Origin: Octopus vulgaris
Lineage: Eukaryota
Assembly (NCBI GenBank): GCA_951406725.2
Contig: OX597814.1
Span: forward strand, 118,172,001 to 118,236,000
DNA: 64,000 bases
Reading direction: 5' to 3'
Shown: positions 37,661-51,228 of the stretch, piece after piece
Numbering within the stretch: position 1 is the stretch's first letter
How the letters are laid out: each line of letters begins with the position of its first letter
Translations under genes and position numbers: made by a program
The notes under the pieces: model-generated
Told to the model about the DNA's origin: nothing
Database searches by the model: none
The model's input: the letters and a program-made list of their open reading frames with translations, nothing else

Positions 37661-39414
37661 GTACGTTTTTTTATTACCACTAATCGGTATATTTACCGAG
37701 ACACCGTGGCAATCAACACTGCCCACCAAGGCCTTGCTGCCCTGGCTTTCGCATGTGTGTTAATGAAGAAGTACTTTTCAACATTAGTCGAATGGCTGAT
37801 ACAAAATTCACTTGTATTATTTAAATAATGTAGAAATAACTGTTGTTAAATGTTTACGAGGAACTGTGTTACGTAGTATGCGTTGCTAAAATGTGTTTAT
37901 TTTCTTTATACATACGGTATTTAATGTTTATTTTGTGTGCTTTTGGTTAGGCTAAATTATCTGTTTCCATACTTCTGTTAGAGGTTAATGTATGCTTGAA
38001 GGCATACGGTTAGAAAAACATTCCAATATTTCATATAAACTGTCTATTATAAATCCTTCTGTAGCATGTCGCTCCTTCCATCTGGAAACTTATGGAAATA
38101 GGAAACTCTGACATATTTCTCTATTTGTTTTCGTTCAACAGTTTAGTCATATAAGAAGGACGTGTCTAAAATGTATTATGTTTCAAACTCCAATGCACTT
38201 GTCGTTCTGAATGGCAGCCAAAATGCATTAAAGAAAATCGAGAATCATTCACGACAGACACGAATGCCCTGAACTTACGAATGAATCAGCATTTCTTTCA
38301 CAACAGCGTCATGTTTATTTGAAGCTTTCACTTTCACTATATACTTGTGAACATTTATTTGCTGTTTACGTAAATATGCAAGATCTAACTCCCTAGTATG
38401 AAGTATTTATATTCATGATATTGTTTATGCTTTTCATTTAGCTTACTTCCAACTCAACTCTGTTTCGACAAACCTATCTCTATCAGGAAATGATTTGCGG
38501 AACTGATCCTTCTCTATTCATTCAGATTTTCCGATTTTTTTGTTTCAACTTTTTTTAACGGCAGCATGGTTTAACATATGTGAGTTTTGTCTGCAGTTGT
38601 ACGTAGTCAATCAAATACATTTGTTATTATCATTGTTTAGCCACAGTCGACTCTGTTCGGAACGACATCGTATTGAAATCATTCTCAGCCGTAACATGTG
38701 TGAGATGCTAGAACTATATGGAAATACATTTCATCAATTACCTTTTATATGTCAGGAAACAGAGTGAAGAAGTGCCTTGGCCACTATTTCTAGAACAGAC
38801 ATTGAAAGCAGCGAAACGACTAGATGTTTTGGGTGTTGGCTGCTCTGATTCTCTGCGCTTCGAGATCCAATCTAATCATGGTTATTCCTACCTTTCATCA
38901 TTCCGAGCTCAGTAGATAATAAACATTCCTATTGAGTAAAAAGGAAAACAAATATGAAATCGATGAAAAATAAGAAAAGCACAAGGAATGGATGTTATAT
39001 CTTTTTGTTATATTTCAATTTTTAGTGATGCTTTTTAAACCTCTGTTTAATCCTAACGCAGCTGACCTAATGATTAAAGGAAAGAAGCCCATCGGATTCT
39101 TTGCGATATTTGTTCCCGTTTTCTACGTTCTGAATCAAATTCAATATAGGAATATGGAAAGAAAACAAAAAACACCAACACCAATACGCAAATACTCGCC
39201 AAAAAGATGGTGTTGTAGAGTGCAGAGAGTTGGTTCTTCTGATATGGATTCGCAAACTGGGGAATACTGATAACAATAATCTCATTCGTTGGGTCAACAA
39301 TGCAAGTAGTAACGTGCTTTAGGATATATCATTTGGTACATCGTATTAACAATTTTCAACGTAAGTAGGTTAATGTATTCTAGAAATATAATTCATATAT
39401 GCCACATATACGTA

Positions 39415-40070
39415 CGAGGTGAGTTCAGAAATTATCCAGCTTTAGTTTTTTCCGGCCAAAACTAATGCTGCGTGACAAAATCCTTTTGGTGAGAGGTGAT
39501 GCCATCTTTCCTGCGCATGCGTGAAAAATTTTCGCGCCGGCAGACAGGGTCAGTTTCAGGCTGTTACGCCCAGTGTAAGGACATGTAGTGTGCGATCGTA
39601 AGGTCTTCGTTTTCACCGAACGCATTGAGCAGAAATTTTGCATAAAATTTTGCCAAAAGCTTGGTGATACACCCGCTCAAACGATCCAGAAGATTCAGCT
39701 GGCCTTTGACGATGACGACATGGGCAAAACTCAAATCAAGGTGTGTTACATCCACTTCAAATATGGCCGCACCTTAGTGGAAAGCGACGCATATTTAGGC
39801 AGACTATCCAGAAATTGAAACGAGATGATTGAGAAGGTTCGGTGAATAACCATGGAAGACCGCCGTGTTACAATCCAAGAAATTGCTCACAAAGTGGGAA
39901 TAAGCACAGGATTTGTGCGGGCGGAATGTATCGGCGAAATGCGCCTCCAACGTGCTGGTGGAGCAGCGGAATCAACTCCGCATGGAAATCGTTCAGGACA
40001 TGTTGGACTGTGCAAACCAGGACTATGACTTCACGAAAACCATCATATTATTGGTGAAGACAAATGGGGA
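39415..40070 (+). mobile_element. 5' half of a mariner transposon
   Basis: TA then cgaggtgagttcagaaatta TIR; EQKFCIKFCQKLG..FKYGRTLVESD..GR; EDRRVTIQEIA..GISTG; truncated near the first catalytic Asp. Confidence 0.85.
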
Positions 40071-40829
40071 TGTTATCTCTGCTCGAGGTATTCGGACATC
40101 TTCCACGAAAAAAAAATCCTTCGAGTGTCTACAACACGTCTGTACTCAAAGCACAGCAGCCAGGAATTGACGCAGCCTACCAGTAAAAATATATATTGTG
40201 ATAGTTTTTGAACAAACCTCATAGATTTTCATTAGCGTTTATATCGGTGGTTGTAAAAATGACTAAGAGACGAATTCCTTTTATATATTAAAAGGGAAAT
40301 CCTTTCATTTCCTCGATTAAATTATTCATATCACGCAGCTGTTCCGAAATACTTTGCTTCCTATTTCTAGTCGAATAACTCACAGTACACAGCGAACAAA
40401 ATCATGGCTGTCTAAATAAAAAGTATTATTGCTTTAATAGGATTCGGTATATGAAAAGTAACAAATAACTTCGCTATCAACAGCTTAGGACAAAGAACAG
40501 AAATTGTTGAAGCTGAAGCATTTACAAAAAACACGCACACTTCAACCTTCAAAATAGAGCAATGTTACGTCCACTGCATGAGTAATATAGTTAACTAAAG
40601 ACGGGAACATTTATTCAATATTAGACGTCTAAATATCCGATGCCAAGAGTCACGCGAGACTGACGTGACATACGCATATGTATGCAGCTCTTGTCATTCT
40701 TGATACACGAAATAAAGTGAGTTAACAATTCGCTCGTACACAACATATTACTCAACATAATATTTTAATGCATAGCATGAAAAAGTATACTTGAGTTTAT
40801 TTCAAAAAGATGTCCATTGCTAAAAGTAA

Positions 40830-41147
40830 GGAGCACTCCGTCAATTGCGGCGACGAGGGTCCCAGCTGATACGATCAACGGAACAGTTTGCCTGTGAAAT
40901 TAACGTGTAAGTGGCTGAGCACTCCACAAATACGTGTACCCTTAACGTAGTTCTCGGGGAGATTCAGCGTGACACAGAGTGTGAGAAGGCCGGCCCTTTG
41001 AAATACAGGTACTACTCATTTTTGCCAGCTGAGTGGACTGGAGCAACGTGAAGTAAAGTTTCTTGCTCAAGGACACAACACGCCGCCGGCAATTGAACTC
41101 ACAACATTACGATCATGAGCCGAATGCCCCTAACCACTAAGCCACGC
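40830..41147 (-). mobile_element. tRNA-derived SINE family C (V-domain-like) with TSD
   Basis: Minus strand gcgtggcttagtggttag (A box), gagttcaattgcc (B box), gtgtccttgagcaaga..ttgctccagtccactcagctg; 11-bp TSD gctaaaagtaa (40819-40829 and 41148-41158). Confidence 0.9.
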
Positions 41148-42384
41148 GCTAAAAGTAATTCTCAAATAGTAGCCACCCTCCTACTCACCCCAAAATTAAT
41201 AGAAACATCTTCACATTGATGTACCGAGTATATATCGAAATTACTATTTTTGCTACATTTGTAAATGTCCTAGATTATATGCAGAATAAGATCTTTCTAG
41301 TAATCGGTAAATATTCACTCACTAACAAGCGAAGATTCTTTACTTGTTTTTAGATTCTCGGTATCTCTGCTGTATCACACCTTGCAGAACTGTTTTACAT
41401 AAATTGCCAATTCCGTTGCTGCCAAGTCTCAAGAGCTTTTCTATTGCATATAAAAACAGATGCTGATGAAGCTATTTAATAAAGATCGTAAATTTAGATA
41501 AATTGAAATGCCGTGGGGAGACGTGCGAAACAGTTTTACTTTTATATGATTTCAACTTGGAACTTAAGTTACAAGGGATTGCAAAGATTATTTCACATTT
41601 GAATTAGAGAGTGCATTAGTCTATACTTTTAAACTAAAAAAATAAAAAAACATGTTTAGAAATCCGTTCACTAACAGGAAGGGTAATGCTAAATCTCAGC
41701 ATTTATGTCTCAACCATAATTACCATCAAGGCAAAAGAAAACAAAATTTATCACTAATAGCATCCGTCGGGTATATCGAATATCAGCGCGTTTTCTATGA
41801 ATAGCATGCAAACATAGATACACACATACACACAGAAACGCAAAAACGTGCGCCAAACTTTAACAGAAGATCATGCAATACCATATCCATATAAACACAT
41901 TTATTGTCTAGGTAGAAGCTAGGGTGGCACACTGGCGGAATCATTTTAGCGTCGGGAAAAGTACTTGAGGGGAAATACCGCTAGCTTTGCATTTCGTCTT
42001 CTCCTGGTCGATGAGATAAAGTACAAATTGTGTTCAAACAAAACAAAAATATCCTTTATCTTCACCTTCCTCATAGCTGATGGATCTTTGACTAAATATA
42101 AAGCAATTATTCAGCAAATGTTTACGCATCACAAGCATTTCACTGCTTACATCATAGCACATTTCATGTCGGGAAATACAAATTTATACATAGCCCACCA
42201 CACATAAAACTACATATGTTCACGCAGGCACTTGCAGGAAAATACACTGATTGCGCATGCGCATAAGTGACGAGATATATAGAAACGAACACCTTCGCAA
42301 GTATAAAATCATTTAGTTACATGATTAGCCCACATAGAACATCGTTGCCACAAGGGTCAGTTTAGAGCCTTACAGCTCATTTTA

Positions 42385-42675
42385 ACGCTGGTTCTCAACA
42401 ATTTTCTTCCTATGGGCTCTTTTGATTGATATTTAACTCTCCTGGACTCACATTGCCATTCGATTTTTTTAAAGTCCTACTATTATAAAAAATATAATAG
42501 GATTTTTTAAAACTTACATATCACTATCAATTACATAGAAAATTAAAATATTCTTTGTAGTTTAGAAATTTGACTAATTTATTGTAGACAAATTTTCACA
42601 AGGAAATCTTATACGAACCACAGAGTGTCAAATGGAACACCAAAGGTCAGACGGACCCCGTTAAGAGCGATTGAC
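42385..42675. mobile_element. Possible decayed hAT MITE
   Basis: Ends ctggttctcaaac / gttaagagcgattg resemble Charlie-type TIRs; no clear TSD. Confidence 0.4.
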
Positions 42676-42777
42676 TTAATGAATACAATGCTGATCAGCG
42701 AAAGGTGCCTACCTTTAAAAGGAGACATGTGCATATGTTATATATATAAAGATATTTACACATATAAATGCATACAC

Positions 42778-42850
<73 letters not shown>

Positions 42851-42902
42851 CGTGTGTGTGCGTGTGTGTGTGTGCATATATCTATATGTGTTTACAAACA
42901 TA

Positions 42903-42960
42903 CGAGGGGCGTTCAATAAGTAATACCCCTGACCCACTTGTAATTGTTTGATCTAGCTGT
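42903..42960 (+). mobile_element. Solo mariner terminus
   Basis: TA then cgaggggcgttcaataagtaat. Confidence 0.6.
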
Positions 42961-43934
42961 GACCCCTCAAAAAACCGAAGTGAAGCAATTTCGGAATAGA
43001 TAACACCGTTCTATGAACATCTACACAGACACACACGCGCACACGCATATACATACATTCATACACAAGTTTGTATATGTGTATGCCAGTATGCATTTAT
43101 AAGTCAATTCTTCTCCCAGTCAAAATTGCCTCCAGCCATTCTCCTCATTTCCGATCACCTTGTCGTGCCATATTTCTTGTTTTCTCAGTCGTTCCTTCTT
43201 TCCCTCTGCCTTTTCCCTCTCTGATTCTGTCTGTTTCTCTCTCTCCTCCCCTCGATTTAGTGCTTCAATTTTCTTTGTTTCTTTTCCTTTTATGACACCA
43301 TAAAACCTATTTATTATATATCTAATTATTCTACCTCACTGGTAGTACTTTAATTTTCATCCCGACCTCTATACAAAGAAACCAAATTTCAGCAATTTTC
43401 AAACGTGACTGAAAAAGAAAAAAAGCAGCGACGAAAGGAACTTTTATACACTTCCATGCATATTATATATATATATAGGTATTTGTATATATATATATAT
43501 GATGCGTATCTCTCTCTATGCATTTATTTCTCTGTGTGTGTGTGTACAAGTATATATGTATGCATGCGTATGTCTCTATGGAAGTATGCATGCATTTATA
43601 CGTATCCGTATGTACATAACTCTGTTTTCACTGGAGATGATACGTGATGTGATACATATTTAATATTCAATGATACATTTTCCTTTTCGTTCAGAATGTA
43701 ACTCTTCATACAAGCATGTTAAAACATCTTCCCTACTAACAAAGATTACATGCCTGGGGAAATAAATATAGGTTTATGATCTGAAAGAGTACATGTCCAA
43801 AACACCCGTGAACGGATGCCAGATCAAACAAATAGATTCCGATTGATTTTTCTTCAGATAATCAGTTGAATCCGAATTACAAGTATGGAATGTTTATATC
43901 GATTGATGAAAGATATTTCAAAGGCTTTTGGCGT

Positions 43935-44105
43935 TGTTCTCCCTCAGGCCAATCTTGATTCAAAAGACCTTTGATAAAAGCGTTTCCAGCAGTGACCGTC
44001 TCATCATTTAAACGTAACTAGAAATACATTATTCAATATATGTTTTCATTTTAAATGATGGTAGGGTTTGGTTTGAGGAAGATTTGGTTACTCCTACTAA
44101 CTGAA
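43935..44105 (-). repeat. Old interspersed repeat; diverged relatives at about 38630-38800 and 49290-49475
   Basis: Loosely shared motifs (ttccagc.gtgacc; tttgagg.agatttgg..ct); strongly diverged. Confidence 0.45.
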
Positions 44106-45650
44106 TCTTCAAGCATACCTTTGAAAGTTTTATTCTTTATACAAATAAATGAACGATGTTTCTCAGATGCACAAATATTAAAGTAGCTGGGATTGCTCGT
44201 ATTTTTTAACAAAAAATGTAGTTTTCCTTCCTCTGTATAAAAATTTGGGATGAATCCAAAACTAATAATATGTTAGATAAAATATCAAATATAATTTGGC
44301 ACAAAAATCATTTATAGATGCTGTAACTGCGGTACACCGCTCTTTAATAAACACAAACATATAATGAAAAACGAAAATATACTGCAGGTTTATTTTTGCC
44401 TTCATATATCAAAGATATTGTTTTCATAAATATATTGAGTAGATCTAATCTATAATAATTTACTATCAATATCAGATGTTTGGATCACATTTATGCTTTA
44501 TAAATGCTGTTACTAAGATAACCTGACATCTGCATTACGTAGTGATAGAGAAATGGGGAGATGGGTGAATGCATGTGTGCAAACAAATGCTATAAAAAAT
44601 GATGTAATGAATCTACAGTTAGCAAACATTCAATCTTACCACGAAAAATACGGCTAATTCGTGATATAATTTCTATATTTACTTCGTTTCTGGTGTAAGA
44701 TCATCGGCTATGAATATTATATTTTCAGAATTATTGTGGGGAACGAATCGGATATTTACATTTTGAATGCTTTTGAACGGGATTGATTTTGGTATAAACA
44801 AGATAAAAGACCAATATCTATATCAACAATCTATCGTTTCGCCTTTAGCTCACATCTCTGAGTGCGAATTCTTTAAAACTTATGTTAAGAAAATTTACTG
44901 TTAATACGGCCACATTACAAATCACACGCACATAAATGCAGTCGTTCCTCTCCCTTCTTATCTCTATTTGTTTCTCTAACTTTCTCTTTTTTCTTTTTTT
45001 ATCAATATATGCGTATCTTGATGACAATTAGTATGTATTATTCTATGCCTCTTCATGTGTGTCTGTGTGTGTGTGTGTTTGTAGTTTCCATTATTCTACC
45101 ATTAGTATATTGTGAGAAATATTGTGTTATGTATGATTACACCAATGAAAGAGAGACATAGATTATCAACATAAGGTCAGAAAGCTTTTATAAATGATGT
45201 TGTCATGGAATCAAAATTTGAAACAGAAATTCGATGGGTATTGAAAATTATAAAGTCACTTGTATCATAAATTGTGGTATGTCGCTATAATTACCGTACC
45301 TTTTACACATTTGAAGACTGTTCCGGAAATTTTAATGCACTGACTTTCTAAAATGTTATTGCTATAACATATTTGTTTAAATATAAATATTTGTTTAAAC
45401 ATTAGTTATAAATATTATTATAAATATTTGTTTAAACAGTTTTAGAATCCTCCGAATCCTATTGATTTACAGTTTCTTTTGTTTCTGCTTTCAAATCAAT
45501 GATACTACTCAGCTTACATTTTCGAGCGATAAACGATATTCCACCCGAGGCCATAAAAGAGAGAATAGGGAACAATCCCAATGTATTCCTGTTTTTAAAA
45601 CTTTTAATCGCGTACGTGTAATTGTGTAAGATCATAGATGTCATCTATAC

Positions 45651-45941
45651 CAGTGCTACTCAAAGTGATGGTCCACGGGCCAGTGCCGGTCCGCGAGCCA
45701 TCAGCTGCCAGTACGCAGCGAGTTTATAGAAAAGAATAATATATATATATATAATGCTTATGTAATATTGTATTATTTGTTTACAAAATGAATGAGATGA
45801 AAAAAATTGTCAACTTTTATTATATTCACTATATATATTGTTTCCTGTATATATTAATATTACTAAGAAATATTGCCGGTCCCTGGCACATTGGGAAAAA
45901 AATATGCTGGTACGCCCCATCAGATAGTTTGAGAAGCACTG
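45651..45941. mobile_element. hAT (Charlie-type) MITE
   Basis: TIRs cagtgctactcaaa / tttgagaagcactg; perfect 8-bp TSD atctatac (45643-45650 and 45942-45949). Confidence 0.92.
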
Positions 45942-46017
45942 ATCTATACTACACATCACGCCTTTATATAAAATTCTGGTATAGTCTGAGAAGTATAGCA
46001 CCATTAGCTACAGCTTG

Positions 46018-46220
46018 GGCGGCAAGCTGCCAGAATCTTTAGCTCGCTGATGAAAATGCTTAGAGGCATTTCTTCCGTCTTTACGTCTTCCGTCTTCCGT
46101 CTGAGTTCAAATTTCGCTGATGTCGACTTTGCCTTTCATCCTTTTGGTGTCGATAAAATACGAACTTGTCGACATATCCCTGCCCTGAACTTGCTGGCCC
46201 TGCACTACAATTTGAAACAA
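46018..46220 (+). mobile_element. SINE family A monomer, older copy
   Basis: ggcggcaagctgccagaatc..ctgagttcaaatttcgc..gtcgactttgcctttcatccttttggtgtcgataaaata. Confidence 0.82.
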
Positions 46221-47349
46221 TTGTTGACTATAACTGCAAGTTATACGGAACTTAGAGCAAATTGAAAATGAAAGGTGAATGATTAGGAATGTGAATTCAC
46301 AAAGCATATATGTGGCTTGTGAGGATAATCTTCAGCTAAAAATCAGCGACAGCTAATACTACGTTCAATACATTATCAGTAGCAGAAAGCTCACTCACAA
46401 TGTCATCTAGTGCGCTCTTGAAATAGGCATGGCAACCATAAACAACGTTGTACAGTTCTCATATAATACAGCCTTCTATTCTATAGATTTACATTCCATT
46501 GTGGCTGAAATCGTATTTCATTCCATCAGATTTGATAAAATGGTTCCACTCCTACAATTTTGTCGACTTACATAGTTGCAGGAAACATTATTTGTTCTGC
46601 GAGAGGAAAAAATGGAAAAAAAAAAAAAAAAAAAAAAAAAATTCACGTGGCTTGAAACAAGTTCTTTTCTATTAGAATGACATTATTGCAGGAGAAAGGT
46701 AGGAAAAAAGAATGAAAGAAATGGCTAACTTTCATTGAGAACAATTTATATTGTCAGACACTCAATAAAACAATAAAAATCAAATCTTGTTTTATATGAT
46801 TCACTAAATGACGACTACTACAATAAATGCTTTCTCAGATCAGTAGAACACGACACATTTCGAGAGAATGGCCTCGGTACATGTCTGATATTGATTTTAT
46901 TAACCCCTGAAGAGAAGCAACATAAAAGACTTCCCGAAGAGAATAGTAATACAAGAAGAATATTAAAATTATATGAAATTTCGTGTGACATTTATACTAG
47001 TGTGCTTGAGATATTAGTTGTACTACTGCAAAACATTAAGTCACACAACTCACGTGTCTATATACAGTTATATACTTGCATATTCAGTCGCAAATCAACA
47101 CACATAAACACAAACACAAATATATACATATACATGTACAGATATATTTATATGAAAGTATGTATGTATGTATGTATGTATGTATGTATGTATGTATGTA
47201 TATGCAAATGTACGGATGGTGTGAATATGGTACTCATAATTCAAGAAAGGTCACCTTACTTGGGAAATTACAGCTGCGAGCCCTTTAATGAACAGTAGAT
47301 ATATGCAAAACATTACCAATTTCAATGTCTAATACGCACACACATATAT

Positions 47350-47950
47350 TTCTTTACTGCCCACAAGAAGCTAAACATAGAGGGGACAAACAATGACAGA
47401 GAAAGGGATTAAGTCGATTACATCGACCCCAGTGCGAAGCTGGTACTTTATTTATCGACCCCGAAAGGATGAAAGGCAATGTCGACCTCGGTGGAATTTG
47501 AACTCAGAACGTAACGACAGACGAAATTTTTATTTCTCTTTCTTTGCTACCCACAAGGGGCTAAACACGGAGGGGACAAACAAGGACAGACAAACGGATT
47601 AAGTCGATTATATCGACCCCAGTGCGTAACTGGTACTTATTTAATCGACCCCAAAAGGATGAAAGGCAAAGTCGACCTCGACGGAATTTGAACTCGGAAC
47701 GTAGCGGCAGACGAATTACCTCTTTCTTTACTACCCACAAGGGGCTAAACACAGAGGGGACAAACAAGGACAGACACACGGATTAAGTCGATTACGTCGA
47801 CCCCAGTGCGTAACTGGTACTTATTTAATCGACCCCGAAGTGATGAAAGGCAAAGTCGACCTCGGCGGAATTTGAACTCAGAGCGTAGCGGCAGACGAAA
47901 TACCGCTCAGCTTTTGCTCGGCGCGCTAAAGTTTCTGCCAGCTCACCGCC
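47350..47950 (-). mobile_element. SINE family A trimer (one head plus three ~185-bp bodies)
   Basis: Units start on the + strand at about 47349, 47540 and 47723; a single head at about 47900-47950; TSD-like ctaatac..acatatat on both sides. Confidence 0.92.
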
Positions 47951-48932
47951 TAATACACAAACATATATGTGTGTATGTGTGTGTCTGTGTGTAAGCGTGT
48001 GTCTGTATGTCCATGTAGACATGTAAATGTACGCAGACACACACACACATGTATATGTGTATGTGAGTGAGTATGTGTATATAGTTACATATAATCAATT
48101 TATAGGCCCCGGTAATAGGTTGTATTTTATTTTGTCCCCATGGAAAATGGAAGTCAGTGGTATTTGTGGCGGGATTTGAACCCAGAATATATGTAACTGG
48201 AATAATTACCGCAGTTTACTTTTTTACGAGTCTTTAACTCTGGTCCAAATATATTATTTCTCCTAATCCGCATACACACATATATGTATAAATTATATAT
48301 GTGCGTATGTTTGTGTATAGATATTTCAAAGAAGCACAAGGAATATCAAGAGAAAGATAAAAAGAAATAGCGTGATGGATGAAATAACTGCAATTAAATA
48401 CGACATTTGTTTCAATGGCTACTCTCTGCCGATAAATGTGTGCAGCTGCCGATGTTAGACGATAGATGGAAAAAGTCAGTGATGCGCTGAAAAGAATACC
48501 TTGCAGAACTTAATTACGTTTGTTTATGTTCTGTAACAATACATTTGAGGTCGTGTATGACCTTCGTCTGTCAGGATCAGATGACAACAATCGAAAATAT
48601 ACCCAGATTACTTTCCGAAATCGCAGTTCTGTGACAAATGTGTGGTCGTTGAGGAAACCAAAGTCTATGATGTTTTGCCACTTGGTTAAAATTCATTTAC
48701 TCTAATAGTTACCTTACGATATTCATGTACTCGGAATACTTGTAACTCTTCTTTTGAATTACGGATTAGCTAAAATGTATCAAATATTGGGAAATAATTA
48801 GAGGGAAGTATTAACTAATGGAATAACTGGAAAAACTTTGCAACCATTCTCTAATGTAAACCATTGCGTTCAAGCCGTTTCCTTTGTACGTATTTAGAGC
48901 AGCATGTATGTTCTGATGCTGTTGGATATATG

Positions 48933-49120
48933 TTTCTTTATTACCCACAAGGGGTTAAACATAGAGGGGACCAACAATGACAGAGAAACGGATTAAGCCG
49001 ATTACATCCACCCCTCTGCGTAATTGGTACTTAATTTATCTATTCCGAAAGGATGAAAGGCAAATTCGACTTCGGCGGAATTTGAACTCAGAACATAACG
49101 GCAGAAGAAATACGGCTACG
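48933..49120 (-). mobile_element. SINE family A body lacking the head
   Basis: tttctttattacccacaagggg...ggatgaaaggcaaa..ggcggaatttgaactcagaac..gaaatac. Confidence 0.85.
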
Positions 49121-50325
49121 CCGAAGGCATAATACATCGTAAAACGGATACGTGTAGATAATAAGTCACTGAATGTCTTGTAAGAATGAAATTTATTTAG
49201 ACAAACATCATGCATTTAATGAATGGAAATATTACGAAATCTCTCAACTTGATACCTAACGAACCAACATGGAGCATCGTAGTTTTCACATAACCTGCAA
49301 GAAACAATATCCTGCTCTCTCTCAAATTCCACTATCTCCTCTCAGTAAAGGAAATATGAGTAGATAATATAATCTCAGAACGCAATTTAAAAGGCTCCAT
49401 GGCTGTGACTGGTATTAGTTGAAAGGTAGGATTACACGAGCAAATTTAACCCAAGGATAAATAGCAACACCAAAACAAGGCGGGGAGCTTCGACTCATCA
49501 ATTAACCGTAAATTCTCTTCAGTGCAGAGTGTAAGGTGCTGTATGGAATGCTGAGAAGAAAGTCATCAGAGGTCGTAAACTGATTAGCAAACTTACACGT
49601 CAGTTTTGACCTCCACTGGTCTCTTGATAACCAGGCTGTCTTGATCAACGACGAATGGTTTGGAATCCCATTCACCAAGACAAAATAGAAGAAAATATTT
49701 TCAGTTTACCTGGTTTCACTTGGTACAAGAATATGGAGATGTAGAAGGGATGTTTTAATTAGTACCCATGTAGTCTGCTACTATAGAAATTATAACCCTC
49801 TGATGTGCACTAGACATATATATATATCATAATAGGGTATACTCTTCTCCAGTTCACCGTGGTGTTGGGACTGTCAGTTGCATGAGGCTATTCAGAGATA
49901 ATGCTTCCTGGAATACCACAGCTAACGGGACATAATTTTATAGACGTTCCATTGTCATAACAGAAATAATGGGGAAACAAATCACTTTTATAACTATTCT
50001 AGAAAAAAGCTATAGATTACATATGAAGGCCAAAAATTAACATTGTCATATGTTCATTCATAATGTGTTGTGAATATGAGAACTATCGCTTACATACTAA
50101 AGACAGCATTTGGCATTCTAGACAAATAAAAAATATTGATATTATCTAAACAGTACCGTTGAGGGATGCCAAGTGGATTATTGAGATCAAGTGTAGAAAA
50201 TAATGCTATTGACAAGTGTTTAGAAAAGAAAGCTGAGATGCTTTTATGAATATAGAATTCTTTGAAGGTTATTCACTTAGAGTAAAATCGAATGTAACTG
50301 AAGCTTAGCCAAAGAAACACATTCA

Positions 50326-50974
50326 CGTCAATCAAACCGCAATGTATAATAATGACTACAAAAGAAATTGCCCTGTACGCCGCTCTCAGAGTGAGTCACA
50401 ACTTGTTTGAGTCAATATTTAAAATATTTACCATAGTGAACTCTAAGTGAATGTGTTATCAGAAAAGTAGAGTGAATGCACAATTTGTTATCAAGGTTCC
50501 ACGAGAATGATTCTGCTTCGCGCTAGTAATCAAGGATGTAAAACTCCTGCTGAATTCAATGTCGCTGACGAGAAGTTTAAAGTAGCAGTCATACGCTGGT
50601 ATGTGATGCTCAGACTTCAGTTCATTTGGCAGAAAGGAAATGGTAGACGCAAGTGTAAACTTGATAGAAGCGTTAAATGTGAAGTTGTACATACCGGCTG
50701 GACTGCAACAAGGTGGCGGGGATGCAGATCCACTGACAGAATAACAAATACAAGTGAGATATTGCTACTAGATGAATCTATATTAAATAAGAGCGTGCGT
50801 CTCAGGCAGAAATATCCGGAGGTGAATGTAAAAAGTCAGTATAAAAGAATGAAGTCAACTTATTATGCATTGTGTAGTGGAATATTGCGTCAAACAAGTT
50901 TTGACTCATTCTGAGAGCTGTGTACAGGGCAATATCTTTTCTAGTCATTATTATACATAGCGGTTTGATTGACG
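50326..50974. repeat. Inverted repeat with ~95-bp arms and ~460-bp spacer
   Basis: cgtcaatcaaaccgc..ttgccctgtac..ctctcaga.tgagtca.aacttgtttga is mirrored at 50881-50974. Confidence 0.88.
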
Positions 50975-51228
50975 CTGTTAATTGACTATAGGTTATGTAT
51001 CGTTGGAACATATTTAAGAATTAGACTTCCAATTATGATAATCTCGAGGTGGTGCAATTAGATTTTACGATGCTATTGTTATTAAGCCATATTGCAACAT
51101 AGTGAATCGACACTTCCATTTAACAAACAGTTGCTCTAACATTTCAATTGACGGCAATCTGTAGCGGGCATTTGAAAAGAAAGATTTAAAATATCAAAAA
51201 TTGATGAACCGTGTGCGAAGGGTAAATA

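Noticed and set aside
41075-41150. tRNA-like sequence (also at 5634, 17988 and 26831)
   Set aside because: These are SINE heads continuing into SINE bodies; no complete cloverleaf.
46616-46640. Poly(A) run as a retrocopy tail
   Set aside because: No upstream recognisable gene or element, and no TSD.
50507-50914. 135-aa ORF inside the inverted repeat
   Set aside because: No recognisable motif, and it runs into the repeat arm; likely chance.
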